Source of the DNA: Euglena gracilis
Lineage: Eukaryota
Direction of reading: 5' to 3'
Length of the DNA: 64,000 nucleotides
Assembly (NCBI GenBank): GCA_039621445.1
Contig: CP154954.1
Span: 30,632,395 to 30,696,394, forward strand
The notes under the pieces are model-generated. The model did not search any database. It was not told the origin of the DNA and saw only the letters and a list, made by a program, of their open reading frames with translations. Shown one piece after another: positions 50,568 through 63,389 of this stretch (positions within the stretch are counted from its first letter, which is position 1; the number at the start of each line of letters is the position of its first letter). A program made the position numbers and the translations under genes.

Positions 50568-53500
50568 AGGGCAAAATAAGAGTCAGCCAACTCCGGGGAA
50601 AACGACACTGAGCAGAGATTCCTAACCCAGCGCAGTCAGCAAACGCACAACAAACCGCCTGCGAACAAGGCATGGCCTCTCAAGGGCAAAGTGCGGTGCA
50701 CCAGGTGTCAACAGAAGAGCACAAGGTAGGATTTTACCCCGACCTCTCGGGCTCCGCACTGCGAGATGGTGAGGTCCTCCTTTCCTTGCCGGCTGTTCTA
50801 TTCTGGTGTGTTTGTGCGTGCGCGGAGGGTGGGGGTGCTTGTTACTGCTTTTTGTTGCCGGAGTTGGCTGATTCCTAATTCTGCCCTTCGACCTCAAGAA
50901 GGAAGAAGTTAACTGTAACAAGTTCAACTGGAATCACTTCGAGGAGCGTTGTATTCACAAAGACTATCACTATGATCAACTGGTGGACCAAAACTTTTTT
51001 CGGATGCTTCGACTTCAACGGGGAAAAATTCAACTCTTCGATTTCAACTGGAATTATTCCCAGAAGCATTGCAATTACGAAGATAAAAGTTAACTGCTGG
51101 ACGTCCATGAAGAATGAACTTTCAAGAAATTCAGACTGCCAAGAAGAACCCCATTTCCAGGGGACAAAGCAAGGGCTATGGCAGCCTTTAAAAAAAATTA
51201 GAAGCCCAAGGGATTCAAGTCAACATCAAGGCTATTGCAGTCATCATTTTAGAGAGCAACAGGCCCAGGGTCAAGGCTATGGCAGCCAGCAGCCCAGCCT
51301 GGAAAGTTCCCATTGGGGAAAGAAAGGTATGTCTAACCTTCCCCCCAGCACCCTCTGAAACAAACCCCCCAGGGGCAGCAAGCAGATGCCAAGACAGCTG
51401 GCATCAAGACCCTCAAAAAAATCATACCAAGGTGGCTTATCTGGGAAATCCAGAGGGACAGAGAAGTCACAAGAGAAGGTCCGGAGAGAAGACCAATGGA
51501 GGCCAGGCAGGCCTGAAAGCCAATGGAGGCCAGGGGGATATGAAGGCCAATGGAGGCCACTGCATTCAAGACAAGAGCAGTCCAGGAGACCAGAGCATTG
51601 GAGGCCAGAAGGCCAATGGAGGCCACCACATTCAAGACCATCCACAACACACCAGCCCTGGGGGGGGGGGAAGGCCCAAGGTTGGATCAGACAAGCCCCC
51701 CCAGAAGATAATCAGCCCAGACCGTCCAGCGTTATATGTACCCACCCAATGCAGACCCAGACCTTCCCCCATCATTCAAAAACAGGGGGAAAGCCTGTCT
51801 TTGAGAAGCCCTATGGCAGGGCCAGCTGTAGCCCCAGTGATGGGATGGGGCAGCTAGGGAGAAGGACCCCAGTGATGGAGCCTGTGGAATCCCCAGACAC
51901 ATTACACCCAGGGGTGCCCCCTTACAAGACCCTGCAGGCCAACATTCCCCATTGGGTCAAAGCAGGAGCCAGCAGAGAGGTAGTAAACCTGATAAGGGAG
52001 GGGGTTATGGCAGATATTCCCCTCCCCCCTCACATGTCCTTAAACGTTCCCTTCAAAACTCCCCAGGAAACCATGACTGCCCAGAAAGTCCTGGCAGAAT
52101 ATGAACACGCAGGAGCAACCAGGCAAATCCCCCCAGAGGAGGCAAAACATTTTGTCCCTTACTTCATCATTTGAAAAAGGACGGGTAGAAGACAAAAGAA
52201 AGATTAAGATCAGCTTGTGAACAGTAAATCTCCACTTCACCCCCCAGAAGTTCAGACTGGAACACATGGGAAAAATCTTCCCATAATTAAGGAAGGGTTG
52301 GTTTTGTGAAAAAATCGATCTGAAAGATGCTTATTTTCACCTAAAGCTGCACAGCAGCCTGGAAAAACATGTTTGCATGCAAATGGGGTGGGGGGAAACT
52401 TGGCAGTTTCAAGCTGCATGCTTTGGCATCATCAGCCTGGCACAAAAATTTATGACTCTTATTGGAGTCTGGGAAAGAAAATGGAGAAAGGAGGGAAAGG
52501 TGGTTTTCATCTACCTGGACGACATTTTGCTGTTAGCCCCCAGCAAAAAGACAGCAGCCCAACATTTGGCAAAGAAAAGGACCTTTTACTGGCAGGTTTC
52601 AGATTAAACCTCCCCAAATCCTGTAAGGGATCTGCACAAGAAATAAAGCAATTGGGCCAGTGGATCAATTTAAAAAAGGACAACTATAAATTCCTCAGGA
52701 AAAACTAAATCCTTCAGAAAGGAGCTAGGTAAAGTGCTCACAGCACAAAAACATGTACTGCAGAAAACTCAGTTCGATTGTGGGTCGCGTCAGAAGCTAC
52801 TTAGTCTCAATGCCATTTCTCAGAATTTTGACAGATCAACTTTGCAAAATGGTGGACCCGCACACAAAGTGGGGTTGGGACAACACCGCAATCATTCCCC
52901 AGGGGGTCAAGGATCACACTGTGTAATTAAAGGCATTTTTACAGCCAGGTGTTGGCAGGGCATTTCAATCCCAGGCCTCTCAGGCACTCTTCTCAGACAC
53001 CAGTACCTGGCAATGGGAGGGCTAGAACAAAGATTCAGGAAAAAAGGTGCAGGATTTTTAGAGGGATCTGCATGTCCTTCATATCAATCAAAAGAGTTGC
53101 AGGCTGCAGTGGAAACTGTAAAAGCTTTGTCCAAACCAAAACAAACCATTCTGCTGCATGTAGACAGCCAGGTGGCTGTAATTTATTTATCAAAATGGGG
53201 AGGACAAAATCCATACCTAAATTCCATCTTAAAACCCCAGCTGTATCATTGTCAGGAAAAGCAGATCAATTTTGCTGGTGGTTTGGGTTTCCACCCAGGA
53301 GCAATTGGCAGATTCCTTGACCAGGGAGCAAAAGGACCAAAACGATTATCCCCTAAAGCTGAACATATTTCACCACATTCTTCAATTTTTCAAAAAACAC
53401 ATAACCCCAGAGGTGGACATGCTCTGCACACCCAGCAACAAAAAACTCTCCAAGTTCGTTTGTCAACACCCGCAGCAAGGGGCTTTGCTGGTGGATGCCT

Positions 53501-54561
53501 TGAAGGCAGATTTAGGGGACTCCCCCCAGTTTATGCAATCCCTCCCTGGAGCATCATTCCCAAGAGGGTTCAGATATTAATGTTAAACCCAGACCTAAAT
53601 TGTCTGTTGATCGTACCCCACTGTGCTTCGACATCATGGTGGCGCCAATTAATGTCAATCAGGCAGCCAGGCAGCAAAGTTTTGCTGGCACCCCCCCAGT
53701 GGGGTTTGTTCAACAACTGCTGGGGGGAGGAGATGCTTCCCCCCCAAGGTGTAATTTGGCCTGCTTGGTTGATTCAGGCAAATATTACAATCCCAGGAAG
53801 TTTCGTTGTCCAGTATCGACACTTACATAAAAACCTGGGAAATGTCACAAGATATGACTCAGCCTTCAGGACATTGGTGTGCCAGTTGTTGCAGAAAGGG
53901 GTGCCCCTGCAGGATTGCACAGTTCACAAGATGGCCGAGGCCGTCCTTGATCTTGTTGTTCACAGCCTCAACACTGCAAGAAATGCATATGCAGCAGCTT
54001 TGTTACTTCCAGGGTTTGGTTCATTGAGGCTTTCCCGTCTTTTGGCTCCATTGAAAAGGAAATGGAATTCCAATATTATGCAAGTATGCCCATTTTTGGG
54101 ACCCAACTGAATTTGTAGAAAGCATTATTAGAAATTCAAAAACCCTTTCACAACTGTCTTTGAAAGAGCTCAGAAACAGACTCATCATTGGTTGGAGGCT
54201 TTTGGCTCTCCACAGGGAGGGTTAGCCAAGCCAGAACCAAGCGAAAAAGCAGTTTCGTGGAAAGAAAAAAATTCTTGTTTTTGCAAAGGAAAGGGTGCAG
54301 TACCCCAGGTGGGAGGACACTTTGAATTTGCCACACAGCCCCCTCATAAGTTCCTGGCATTTATTGAAAGAGTATGTGGAGAGGACAGCCCACATGGTTG
54401 GACACAAAAATAATTTGCTATGGTCTTTGGATGTTAAAAGACCTTTGACCTCAGACAGAGTGAATTCCCTCGCCAAAGAAGAGTTGCAAGAGCGGGGGGG
54501 TGGACACCACCCACTTGAAAGCTCACAGCACCTGAGCGGATGGGGTTTTATGGCGGAAAAA
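50568..54561 (+). mobile_element. DIRS-like element E (gag, RT/RH, N6A-MTase, YR), 3'-truncated
   Basis: IDLKDAYFH, FIYLDDILL, LHVDSQVA, VYAIPPWSII, KAHST; 5' inverted repeat 50568-50595 / 50858-50886; QWRP repeats in gag. Confidence 0.9.
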
Positions 54562-54829
54562 TCAAACTCCCTCGAGGAAAACCGACAAGGGAGGAAGGGA
54601 CACCGAGGGCGAAGCACAAAGACCTTGTGAGGCCATGCCTTGCTCGCCGGCGGTGTTGTTTGGATTGTTCGTTGCGCTGGGTTAGGAGGTCCCGCTTAGT
54701 GCCGCCTCGCCGGAGTTGGCTGACGATGCTGCTCCGACTGGGCGACGTGGCTTCTTGCCCCTGGGGGGTGTCCCCCCTTCTCCCCCCCCCCTGGCCCCCA
54801 CTCTCTGACAGAGGGCTTTTGAACACAAA

Positions 54830-55910
54830 TTATCTTTTACGGGTGGGGGGGTCGGGCTCACAAGGTCTTTGTGCTTCGCCCTCGGTGTCCCTTCCTCCCT
54901 TGTCTGTTTTCCTCGAGAGAGTACGAGACACCTCGGGCTCCGCACTTTGCCCTTGTGAGGCCAGATTGTGCACTGAAATTAGGGGGGCCAGGGCATTTTC
55001 CAGGGCACCTTGGGCACCCAGTCGTTGATAGTGGGCTCTAAAAGCCTCCAACACCCTCAACTGACCAATTTCACAAACTTCTTGGGCATAAAGGCCCAAC
55101 TTTTTGAGTAAACCAACCCCTGCCCCTCCGGTGGAGTGGGCCCCCCACACCTGGGGGGGGGGGGTACCCCATGTTTGGCCAAAAATTCTTTTGTGATGGA
55201 AGCAATGGTGTCAGCACTTATGGCCCTGAAGGGTGGTTTTAATGAAATCAGGAGGGGGCCCCCAGGTCTGACGAATAAACGTGTGGCAGCCACATAACTC
55301 ATCATTAAATGAAAGGGGCTTATTTGGGGACATTAGGGATTGGACACAACCCTTTCCCACTTATGGAATTTATGTCCTTTACACTTAATCTTGATGTAGG
55401 GTGCCCTACCCAACACACTGGTGGTTCATTTGACTTGCGACAAGTCTGAGGATCGGTATAAACAGAGGATTCGTGAGCAAAAAATCAGCTGTGTACGCAA
55501 TGTACAAATATTAGTGGGCATGGGCGCCTTTGCCAGCCCCAGGAGGATTGGGAGGGGGTCCCAAAATGCCCCATACTTCTCCAGGTTTTGGTTCCATAGC
55601 CTCTTGTAGGGGGTCAAAAGGGTGTGGAATCTCCGCCCACCAAACCCAGGAATCAAAAGCATAGCACTGTAGGCATTACGGGCTTGGGCCTTGGAAAATT
55701 GGAATAATTGAATTAAAGCGTCAGCCACTTGGTCTGTGGTGGCTTCAGGGGGGGCACCCCCATGTGTTCCAAAATCACCCACAGAAGTGCAAAAGCACTC
55801 TGATAACGTTTTAAGTTGGGGTTTCTCCGCAGGAAATCGTTAATGGTCTCAACTTGAATTTGTTTCCCCTCCACAATTTGCCGGAGCAAATCATGCAAAC
55901 CAGAGGCCAC
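54830..55910 (-). pseudogene. Tyrosine recombinase of F
   Basis: Catalytic R (LYRSSDL), HST(G), and AFRAHY with the catalytic Tyr; frameshifted. Confidence 0.85.
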
Positions 55911-55929
55911 CTTGGGAGTGGCATTTGCT

Positions 55930-56320
55930 CCCCCCTGCAGTTGGTGAACATGCGTAGGGGGTGATTTTCAGACAGGGGTCCCTGGAACTTTCATTTTTAT
56001 TAATTGGGGCCACCAGGTGGCTGAATCCCAGTAGGGGGTGACCATCAAAACTTTGGTCTGGGGAAACGTTTTTAACCTGGGTAGAAATTGTTGAATTATT
56101 GACCAGGGGGGGTTTGCATAAAAATCCCCCATGTTGTCCAGTGGACATTGTAATGCATTTACTGCTGTGGCATCCCAGTGGGCCCACCTGGCCACAAAAT
56201 TGGGCAGTTTTTTGTTGCCTGGGGAGGCAAACAAATCTGTTTCCAGACTTGTGAAATTTTTGAACTGTTGTTTGAGCTATTGAAAAAGTTGGGGGTCTAA
56301 AGAATAATCCCCCCTGTCCA
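55930..56320 (-). pseudogene. N6-adenine methyltransferase of F
   Basis: DLFASPGNKKL, NALQCP, FYANPPW, VTPYWDSATWWP. Confidence 0.88.
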
Positions 56321-56329
56321 TTTCCCATC

Positions 56330-57655
56330 TGCTGATGGGGTCTGCCAGGCATTCTTTTGAAGGCACCCAGTTGACTTGGTGGTTTACTTGGTGCTCCGTG
56401 CGCCACTTGAAAAATGGTCTCAGCTTTGTTGAAGGGGTCCTTTCTGCCCCCACCTTTTGTCAGGTAAAAGTAAATTACCTGGTTGTCCACTGACAAGGAA
56501 ACGGTTTCCCCAGGTTTGTTCAAACTTTTCACAGTGCTGATTGCTGCACTGAGCTCCTTTACATTGATGTGCAAAATGGAGTCTTTTCTCCAAAATTACT
56601 GCACAATTTCTCCTGTGTGGATGTCTAGCCCCCCCCCAAGCATGGGTGCTGCTGCTTGAGTGCAACACTCTGGTTGCATTTTGGGGGAAGGGTCTGCCCC
56701 CCCAGGTGTCCAGCAGATTTTTTATTTCCCTTAATTGGGCTTTGATTTCCTGGGAAATGGGGTGTTTTGAGTCCCAGCGGGCTGTGGATTTTGGCACCAA
56801 AAAAATTGCCAGAGTGTCTGTAAAAGCCCTTAAAAAGAGCAGGGCCATTAGGTTGCATCTTATTTGGCCCAAAATGGCAGCCAATTGCCTTTTTGACATG
56901 TAATCTTTTTTCACGATTTTTCCCAGCTCCTTTTTTATGGTTTTGACTTTCTGGGGGGGCACCTGTAGCTTTCCTTCCTGGAAGTTCAGTTGAAAACCAA
57001 GATGGGTTACCACTTGGGTGTGCTGGAGGGTGGACTTTTTCACATTGATTTTGAACCCAGATACCAGCAAATCTTTGACAGCTGTTTTCACGTGATTTTG
57101 TATATTGTTTTGGGTGGGGGCCACCAGCAAAATGTCGTCCAGGTAAATAAACACCTGGATGCCCCTTTTTTCTCCACAGTTTTTCGAATGTTTTCATGAC
57201 TGACATGAAAATTTGGGGCATCACATTTAGCCCAAAGCAGCCTGTTTGAAATTCCCAGGTCTGTCCCCCTACCTGATGCCTTAAAAATGGCCTTAGGACT
57301 GGACTTACTGGAATATGAAAATAGGCATCCTTTAGGTCTATTTTTGCTGCCCAGTGGCCTTTTCCAAAACTGGAAAAATGTGTTGGATATGATCCAACTT
57401 GAAGGGTTTTACTTGAAACTGCTGATTTATTTCTCTGCAGTCGCTGATCATTCTCCATTTGGTTGTTCCCCCTTCTGGTTTTGAAATTAAAAACCAGGGG
57501 ATCAAATGCTGGGTTTCTGAATGCCAAACTCGTTTCACTGACCCAGTTTTTTCGTAATCCAGCAGAATTTTTTCTGCCTGGATGAGGTCCAGGTTGGCCC
57601 TGGGCTTTGGGCGGGTGGAGTTTCCCGAACGTTGTTGTTTTTGCCCAGCCTTCAC
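56330..57655 (-). pseudogene. RT-RNase H of F
   Basis: DIRS-type RT motifs across frameshifted ORFs. Confidence 0.9.
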
Positions 57656-58559
57656 TCCCGGGGGTCCGTGAGGGGGTACCGGCGGGGTGGGGGGTAGGCG
57701 CGACGGGCTCTAGGGAGAGGGGTAGGTTCGGGATACTCCCCTTTCCACGTAGGATTTTTTCCCGGGGACCAAAGGCCCTCCTTTTTGGGGAGTGGTTGGA
57801 GGGGGGAGTCCGGCTTGGCGTCCCTTCCGGCAGTGGGGGGGTTTTAGGAAAAGGCCTGGTTGCCCTCCCCTAGGCTTCTTGTCCCCCAGCACCAACACCT
57901 TTTTTTGCTTGTACTGCTCCTCCTGCGCCAGCAGATATCCAATCCTTTGTAATCTTTTGCTTTCTCCGCCCTTGGGAGTTTTGACTTTCTTGAACTTTTG
58001 CACTTTCTTGGCTCCAGTGCCTTTCCTTGAAATCCTGTAATTCCTTGAAAATTGATACAATTTGACTTTGGTCTTGATTCAGCAGGCACAATCTTGAATT
58101 GAAACCATAGGTAAAGAGAGGGAGCCTGCAGTGAAAACATCAGAACAGTTAGAGTGCGGTTTGCGCTATTTTAATGCTGAATTAGCGCAGTGGTTCGCTA
58201 TATACAACAGCAGGCTGTAATAGTGGCAACAGAAGGTGCAGCGGCCGGTCCGCCAACTCTCCCCTTCCTCGGCCTTGCCTCCGGCTGCCGGGCCTGGCCG
58301 CTGCCTCTCTCGCCCCCCTGCTACAGGAGCCTGGTCTGGGCTTCCCGATCCTTCGTTGCGCCGCTGCCTGGCGTGCCGGCTGCGGGCGGGCTCCTGTGGT
58401 CCGGGTGGGGGTGGACGCCAGCCAATCCCTGGCCGGGCTCCGCAGGCTTTCGGTGGGCGTCGTCGCTGATGTCGTCCGGCCTTGCGGGCTGGCCTCAGGA
58501 ATTGGCTGGGCTCGGGCTTTGGCTCTCCTTGGCTCTCCTTGGTGGGTGGTCTTGTCTGG

Positions 58560-59500
58560 GTTCGGTTGCCCCCCCTCTTTTGGGGCTGGCGGTCCCCCTG
58601 GCCGCTTTTCGGCCCCCCCCCCCTTGGGGTCTGGGCGGCCCCCTTGGGCCGCTTTTCTTCGGCGCCCTGGGGTCTGGGCGGCCCCCCTGGGCCGCTTTTC
58701 GGCGCCCCCCCCCCTGGGGTCCTGGGTGGCCCCCCTGGGCCGCTTTTTTTGGTTCCCCCCCCCCTGGGTCGTGGGCGGCCCCCCCTGGGCCGCTCTTGGG
58801 TTCCCCCCCCCCGGGGTCTGGGCGGCCCCCTGGCCGCTTTTTTTTTTGGCGGCCCCCCCTGGGCCGTGCGTGCCCCCCCCCCCCCGTCGTCTTGGGCGGC
58901 CCCCCCTGGGCCTCTTTTCGGCGCCCCCCCCCCTGGGGTCTTGGCCGCCCCCCTGGGCCGCTTTTCGGCGCCCCCCCCCCCTGGGGTCCTGGGTGGCCCC
59001 CCTGGGCCGCTTTTTTTTGGTCCCCCCCCCCTGTCGGGTCGTGGGCGGCCCCCCCTGGGCCGCTCTCGGGTCCCTCCCCCGGGGTCTGGGCGGCCCCCTG
59101 GCCACATTTTTTTTTTGCCGGCCCCCCTGGGCCGTGCGTGCCCCCCCCCCGGGTGGTCTTGGGCGGCCCCCCTGGGCCGTTCTTCGGCGCCCCCCCCCCC
59201 CTGGGGCCTGGGCGGCCCCCCTGGGCCGCTTTTCGGCGCCTCACTCCCTGTCGGTTCGCGGGCGGCCCCCCCTTGGCCGCTCTTGGGTCCCCCCCCCCCA
59301 GGGTCGGTCTGGGCGGCCCCCTGGCCGCTTTTTTTTTTGCCCTCTCCCCTCTGCCCTGCGTGCCCCCCCACCCCCCGGGTGGTCTAGGGCGGCCCCCCCT
59401 GGGCCGCTCTTGGGTGCCCCTGGTCCGGGTCCTTTGGTCCTCCTTGGGTCCCCTCTGGGTCCCCTTTTGTCCCCGGAGTCGGTTGGGTCCCCCCCCTTTG
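58560..59500 (-). repeat. GC-rich degenerate minisatellite (~43-bp unit)
   Basis: gggcggcccccctgggccgctttt...ccccctggggtct units, roughly 20 copies. Confidence 0.9.
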
Positions 59501-60420
59501 GGTCCCCTGGTCGTTAACCCTCCTTATTTGCTCGCCTCTCCCCGGGGCTTTCGCCCTCGTGCTTCGTCGCTCTCCTCTCCTGTCCTCTCTCTCTCTCCTC
59601 TCTGGGCTCTCTCCGGTCTCTCTTCTCCTGGCTCGGCCTCGGCCGGGCTCACCGTGGCTCAGCTTCGGTTGGGGAAGAGAAGGGAGGGGTGGCACACCAG
59701 TGTAAGAGGTTGTGTTGGTTGGTGAGAAGCCTCCACAGTATCCATCAGGTCAGTAGGGGGTGAGCCAGCTGCCGCCGACGTCACAGCATATCCTCACGAC
59801 GACAGCACAGCATGATCATCTGCTCAGCTCCTTCGCGCGCGCTGCCAGCTGCCTGTCCTGCACGTCGAAGGCGAGGGGAGGGAACAGAAAGATGAACTGG
59901 AACACGACCACCATGGAGAAAATCCCAGTTTGACGCCAGGACTTTTCCATTTCCCCATGGGGTGTGGGTAGGGGGCAGGGGTGGCCTCCTTGTTGGGAAG
60001 GAAGGGCCGGGTCGTACCGTGGCCATGCAGGGGCACGCCTCCGGTGGTGGTGCCCCCTCGCCACAGGGACGGGTCATGGGGGTGCACGGGAACGGGGCCC
60101 CCTGGTGGGAGGGGGGGATCCCGAGCTGGGGCGTCCCTGCGGGTCGACACGCGTGGGCGGCGACCTCTACCCGTGGGGGCAGGGGAGACTCGGGGACCGG
60201 GTCTCTGAGGTACGCCTGGAATGCGGGGTGGGTACGCGTGGGACATGGGGAGTGATGGGGTGGTGGACGGTGGGGCTGGGGCAATGGAAGCGCGGGAGAG
60301 CGCATCCCTCGCAGACGCGGATCGCACGGAGGCGGGGCGCTCGCCGCTCGCGGGCTGCCGGTGGACCCTGACCGGGTGCCTGGGGTGGGCCGCTTGTTGG
60401 GGACCCGCCGGGCCAGCGTC

Positions 60421-62898
60421 TCATCCGTCTTCTTGGTCTCGATCTCCTTCGTCTCCTCCATCACCTTCATCATCGTCTCCAGAATCATCACCTTCTCGAC
60501 ATACATCTCCGTCCTCGGTGTTCTGCCACATCCACTCCTCTGGTGGCTCCTCCCAGGACAGCCCAAACTCCTTCTCCTTCTCCTTCTCGATCTCCACGGC
60601 GTGGCAGATGGCGATGTGGGCTTCCTCCGGGAACCTCGAGAGGTACTTCATGATGTCCTCCTTGATGTCGTGTTCGACGAAGTACGACACGATCGGGGAG
60701 GCGTACCGGTGGAAGAAGTGCCTCAGCGGCTCCCACGTCTTGTCCTCGTACCCCAGCCACTTGACGAGGAACGCGAGGTCGCCGTTGGCATCGCGCCTGT
60801 GGGTGACCACCGCCTCCACCTCCCAATCGTCCAGCCGGGAACCCTCCTCCGGCCTGGATTGGCGGAAGTGGAAGAGGCGGAGCGGTGGCCCCATGAGGGC
60901 TGGATCGTGGCGGTAGCTCTTGATTTGGGATCGGTGGGCCACCTGCTTCCGGCCATCCTCCATCTGGAGCACGTACGTGTGCTCACTGGTGCGCTCTGCC
61001 ACCACACACGGCCCGATCCAGTACGTCTCCAGCTTCTCGCCGGTGCGGGTGCGCGGGCGGAGGTACCAGACCTTGTCGTTCAGCTCCGGCAGCTCCTTCC
61101 TCCGCTTGTTGACCGTCTCGGCTGTCTTGGCGTGCTCCTCGTTCAAGATCTTCGCGACACGATGATCGATGTCCTGCATGCGCTCGAAGAAGGCCACCGC
61201 GTCCTCGGCCCTCGTGGGCGGCTGGTACGGCACCCCGCCGTACCACCGCTCGCGGCCGAAGAACACCTGGAAGGGGGTCAGGCCGCTGGGCCCAGCACTG
61301 TCGTGCAGGGTTCGCAGGGCTCGCGGCAGCGCCTCCGGCCACGCCACGCCCTCCGCCGCCTTCATCTTCCTCAGCCGCTTCTGGATCTGCGCGCCGAGGA
61401 CCTCCGCACGGGCGTTGCCCTCGTGGTGGTATGCTTGGGAGAAGGCATGGCGCACCCCCAGTCTTGCGCACATTGCCCTCCACCAGGCCCCCACGAAGTG
61501 GGGGCCCCGGTCCGACGTGATGACGCTTGGCACGCCGAACTGCGCCCACTGCTCATACATCGCCTTCGCCACCGCCACCGCCGTTAGCCCGCGGGTGTGG
61601 TGCACGGTGGCGATCGCCCAGCCGGAGTACCGATCAATGCAAGCTGCGAACACATTCACCAGCCTGCCGCCCTCCACCTCCACCTCCGGCATCTGGAACA
61701 GATACACGCTCACCGAACACATCACATGGGGCGGCACTGGCGTAGGAGAGATGCGGAGCCGGAAGGGTTGGTGGGGGTGCTCTGACGCCTGGCAGAACTC
61801 GCACACAGCCAGAATCTTGCCCGCCAGCTCGCGTGCTCGGGAGGGCACCGCAAACTGGAAGTTCCGGCTGGCCTCATCGAGGAGGCGCTCACCACCGACG
61901 TGCCCCGACGCCCGGTGCTGCTCTCGGATGCTGTTTTTCTTATCCGCCACCAACCGATCCGCCTCCAGCGCCCGCAGGGTCTCCCGCAGATCCGCCGCGT
62001 GCCGCCGGATCAGCTCCTCGTCCGTCCACCCCGGCAGCCGCCTCGTGCTCACCAGGATGTCGTCGAAGTAGGGGTGGGTGTAGGCGGAGACGTTGTGGCA
62101 GGTCGCGTCGATGTCCCTCTGGAGCAGCGCCGGCCCGACGTTGATGCCCTGGGGCACCACGGTCCACTGCCAGAGGCCGCCGGGCAGGTGGATGTTGGTG
62201 ATGGGCCGGCTTTCCTCCGCCATGGCCACCTGGTGGAAGGCGTCCCGCAGGTCCACCGTCGAGAAGATCTCACAATTCGCCTGCTCGCTCACGATGTCCT
62301 CCGTCAGCGGTAGGAGGTAGGAGTCCATCTGCAGCATCTTGTTGGTCAAGCTGTAGTCGCACACCAGCCTCCACTTGCCCGACTTCTTGCGGATGGGGAA
62401 GGCGGCCGCCCTCCACGGCCCCCGCCCCGCCTCCAGCTTGCCGTCCGCCAGGCACTCCCGCTCCATCTCCCTCAGGGCCTCCAGCCGCTCGCCCTTGAGG
62501 TTGATGATCCGGCCCACCACTGGGATTGCCCCCGGCTTCAGCCTCAACACCGCCTTCCCATGGGTGCCCCGCGCCTGGGGGCACGGCCACACCCGCTCAC
62601 GGAACACCCGGCCTTCGAACTCGTTGATGATCTCGTCCCGCAGCTGCCGCGCCAAGGGATGGCCGACGTCGTCTTCTGTCTCCACCACCCCTCGCACCGC
62701 CTTCGCCGCTTCTTCGGCCTCCTTCAGCATCATCGCCACTTCTCGGAATGCTGCCTCGTCCGTGGTCAGCTGCCGCATCTTCTTCACCGTGGAGAGGTAG
62801 CCGTCCAGCTCGTCTTCGTCTTCATTGCCATCTTCCTCCTTCTTCTCTTCGTCTCCACGCCGCCTCAGGATCCACTTGGGGTCCGCGTGGAGCTGCAA
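60421..62898 (-). pseudogene. pol: RT-integrase-chromodomain fusion ORF lacking RNase H
   Basis: YFDD...ADKKNS|IREQH junction, ITSDRGPHF, WEVEAVVTHRR..LVKWLGYEDKTWEP. Confidence 0.9.
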
Positions 62899-63389
62899 GG
62901 TGTCGGGTCACGGCTGCACATCCAGCCGGTTCTCCCGGAGCCACGGATACCGCCAGAATGAGGTCCGTGCTGATGCAGCCGTTGTACGCCACCACCTTCG
63001 TCGTCCACGTCCTCGGTCTCCGCTCCTCGTCGTCGGTCTGGGCCGCGAACGACAGCTTCAGCTCTGCTTCTCGTTGTCCTCCGGGTAGCGCCTCTCCACT
63101 CACCGTGCGTAGCACCAAGGGTCTCGCCGCCGCGTGGAACACCGACTCCGGGAACAACTCCTTCTTCACCAGAGAGGTCTGCGCCGCCGTATCGATCAAG
63201 GCCTTCGCCTGGATCTTCATCCCGCCTGCCTCCACCTCCACATCCATCAGCAGCTGGTAGCACCCCCCACGGTGCTCCATCCGGCCGACCGTGAACGGCC
63301 GGTTCGGGAGGTGCTGCCACGGCCGCACCACCACCTTCTGCACCTTCTTCGCCGCCTCCGCCGCCGCCACTTCTTCCCGTGCCTTCTCC

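Larger units (their letters stand above)
54562..58560 (-). mobile_element. DIRS-like element F (gag, RT/RH, N6A-MTase, YR, terminal repeat)
   Basis: KIDLKDAYFH, FIYLDDILL, INVKELSAA, DLFASPGN..FYANPPW, LYRSSDL, WGAHST..AHY. Confidence 0.92.

Noticed and set aside
58166-59725. ORFs of 250-511 aa in several frames
   Set aside because: Same minisatellite artefact; no domain motifs.
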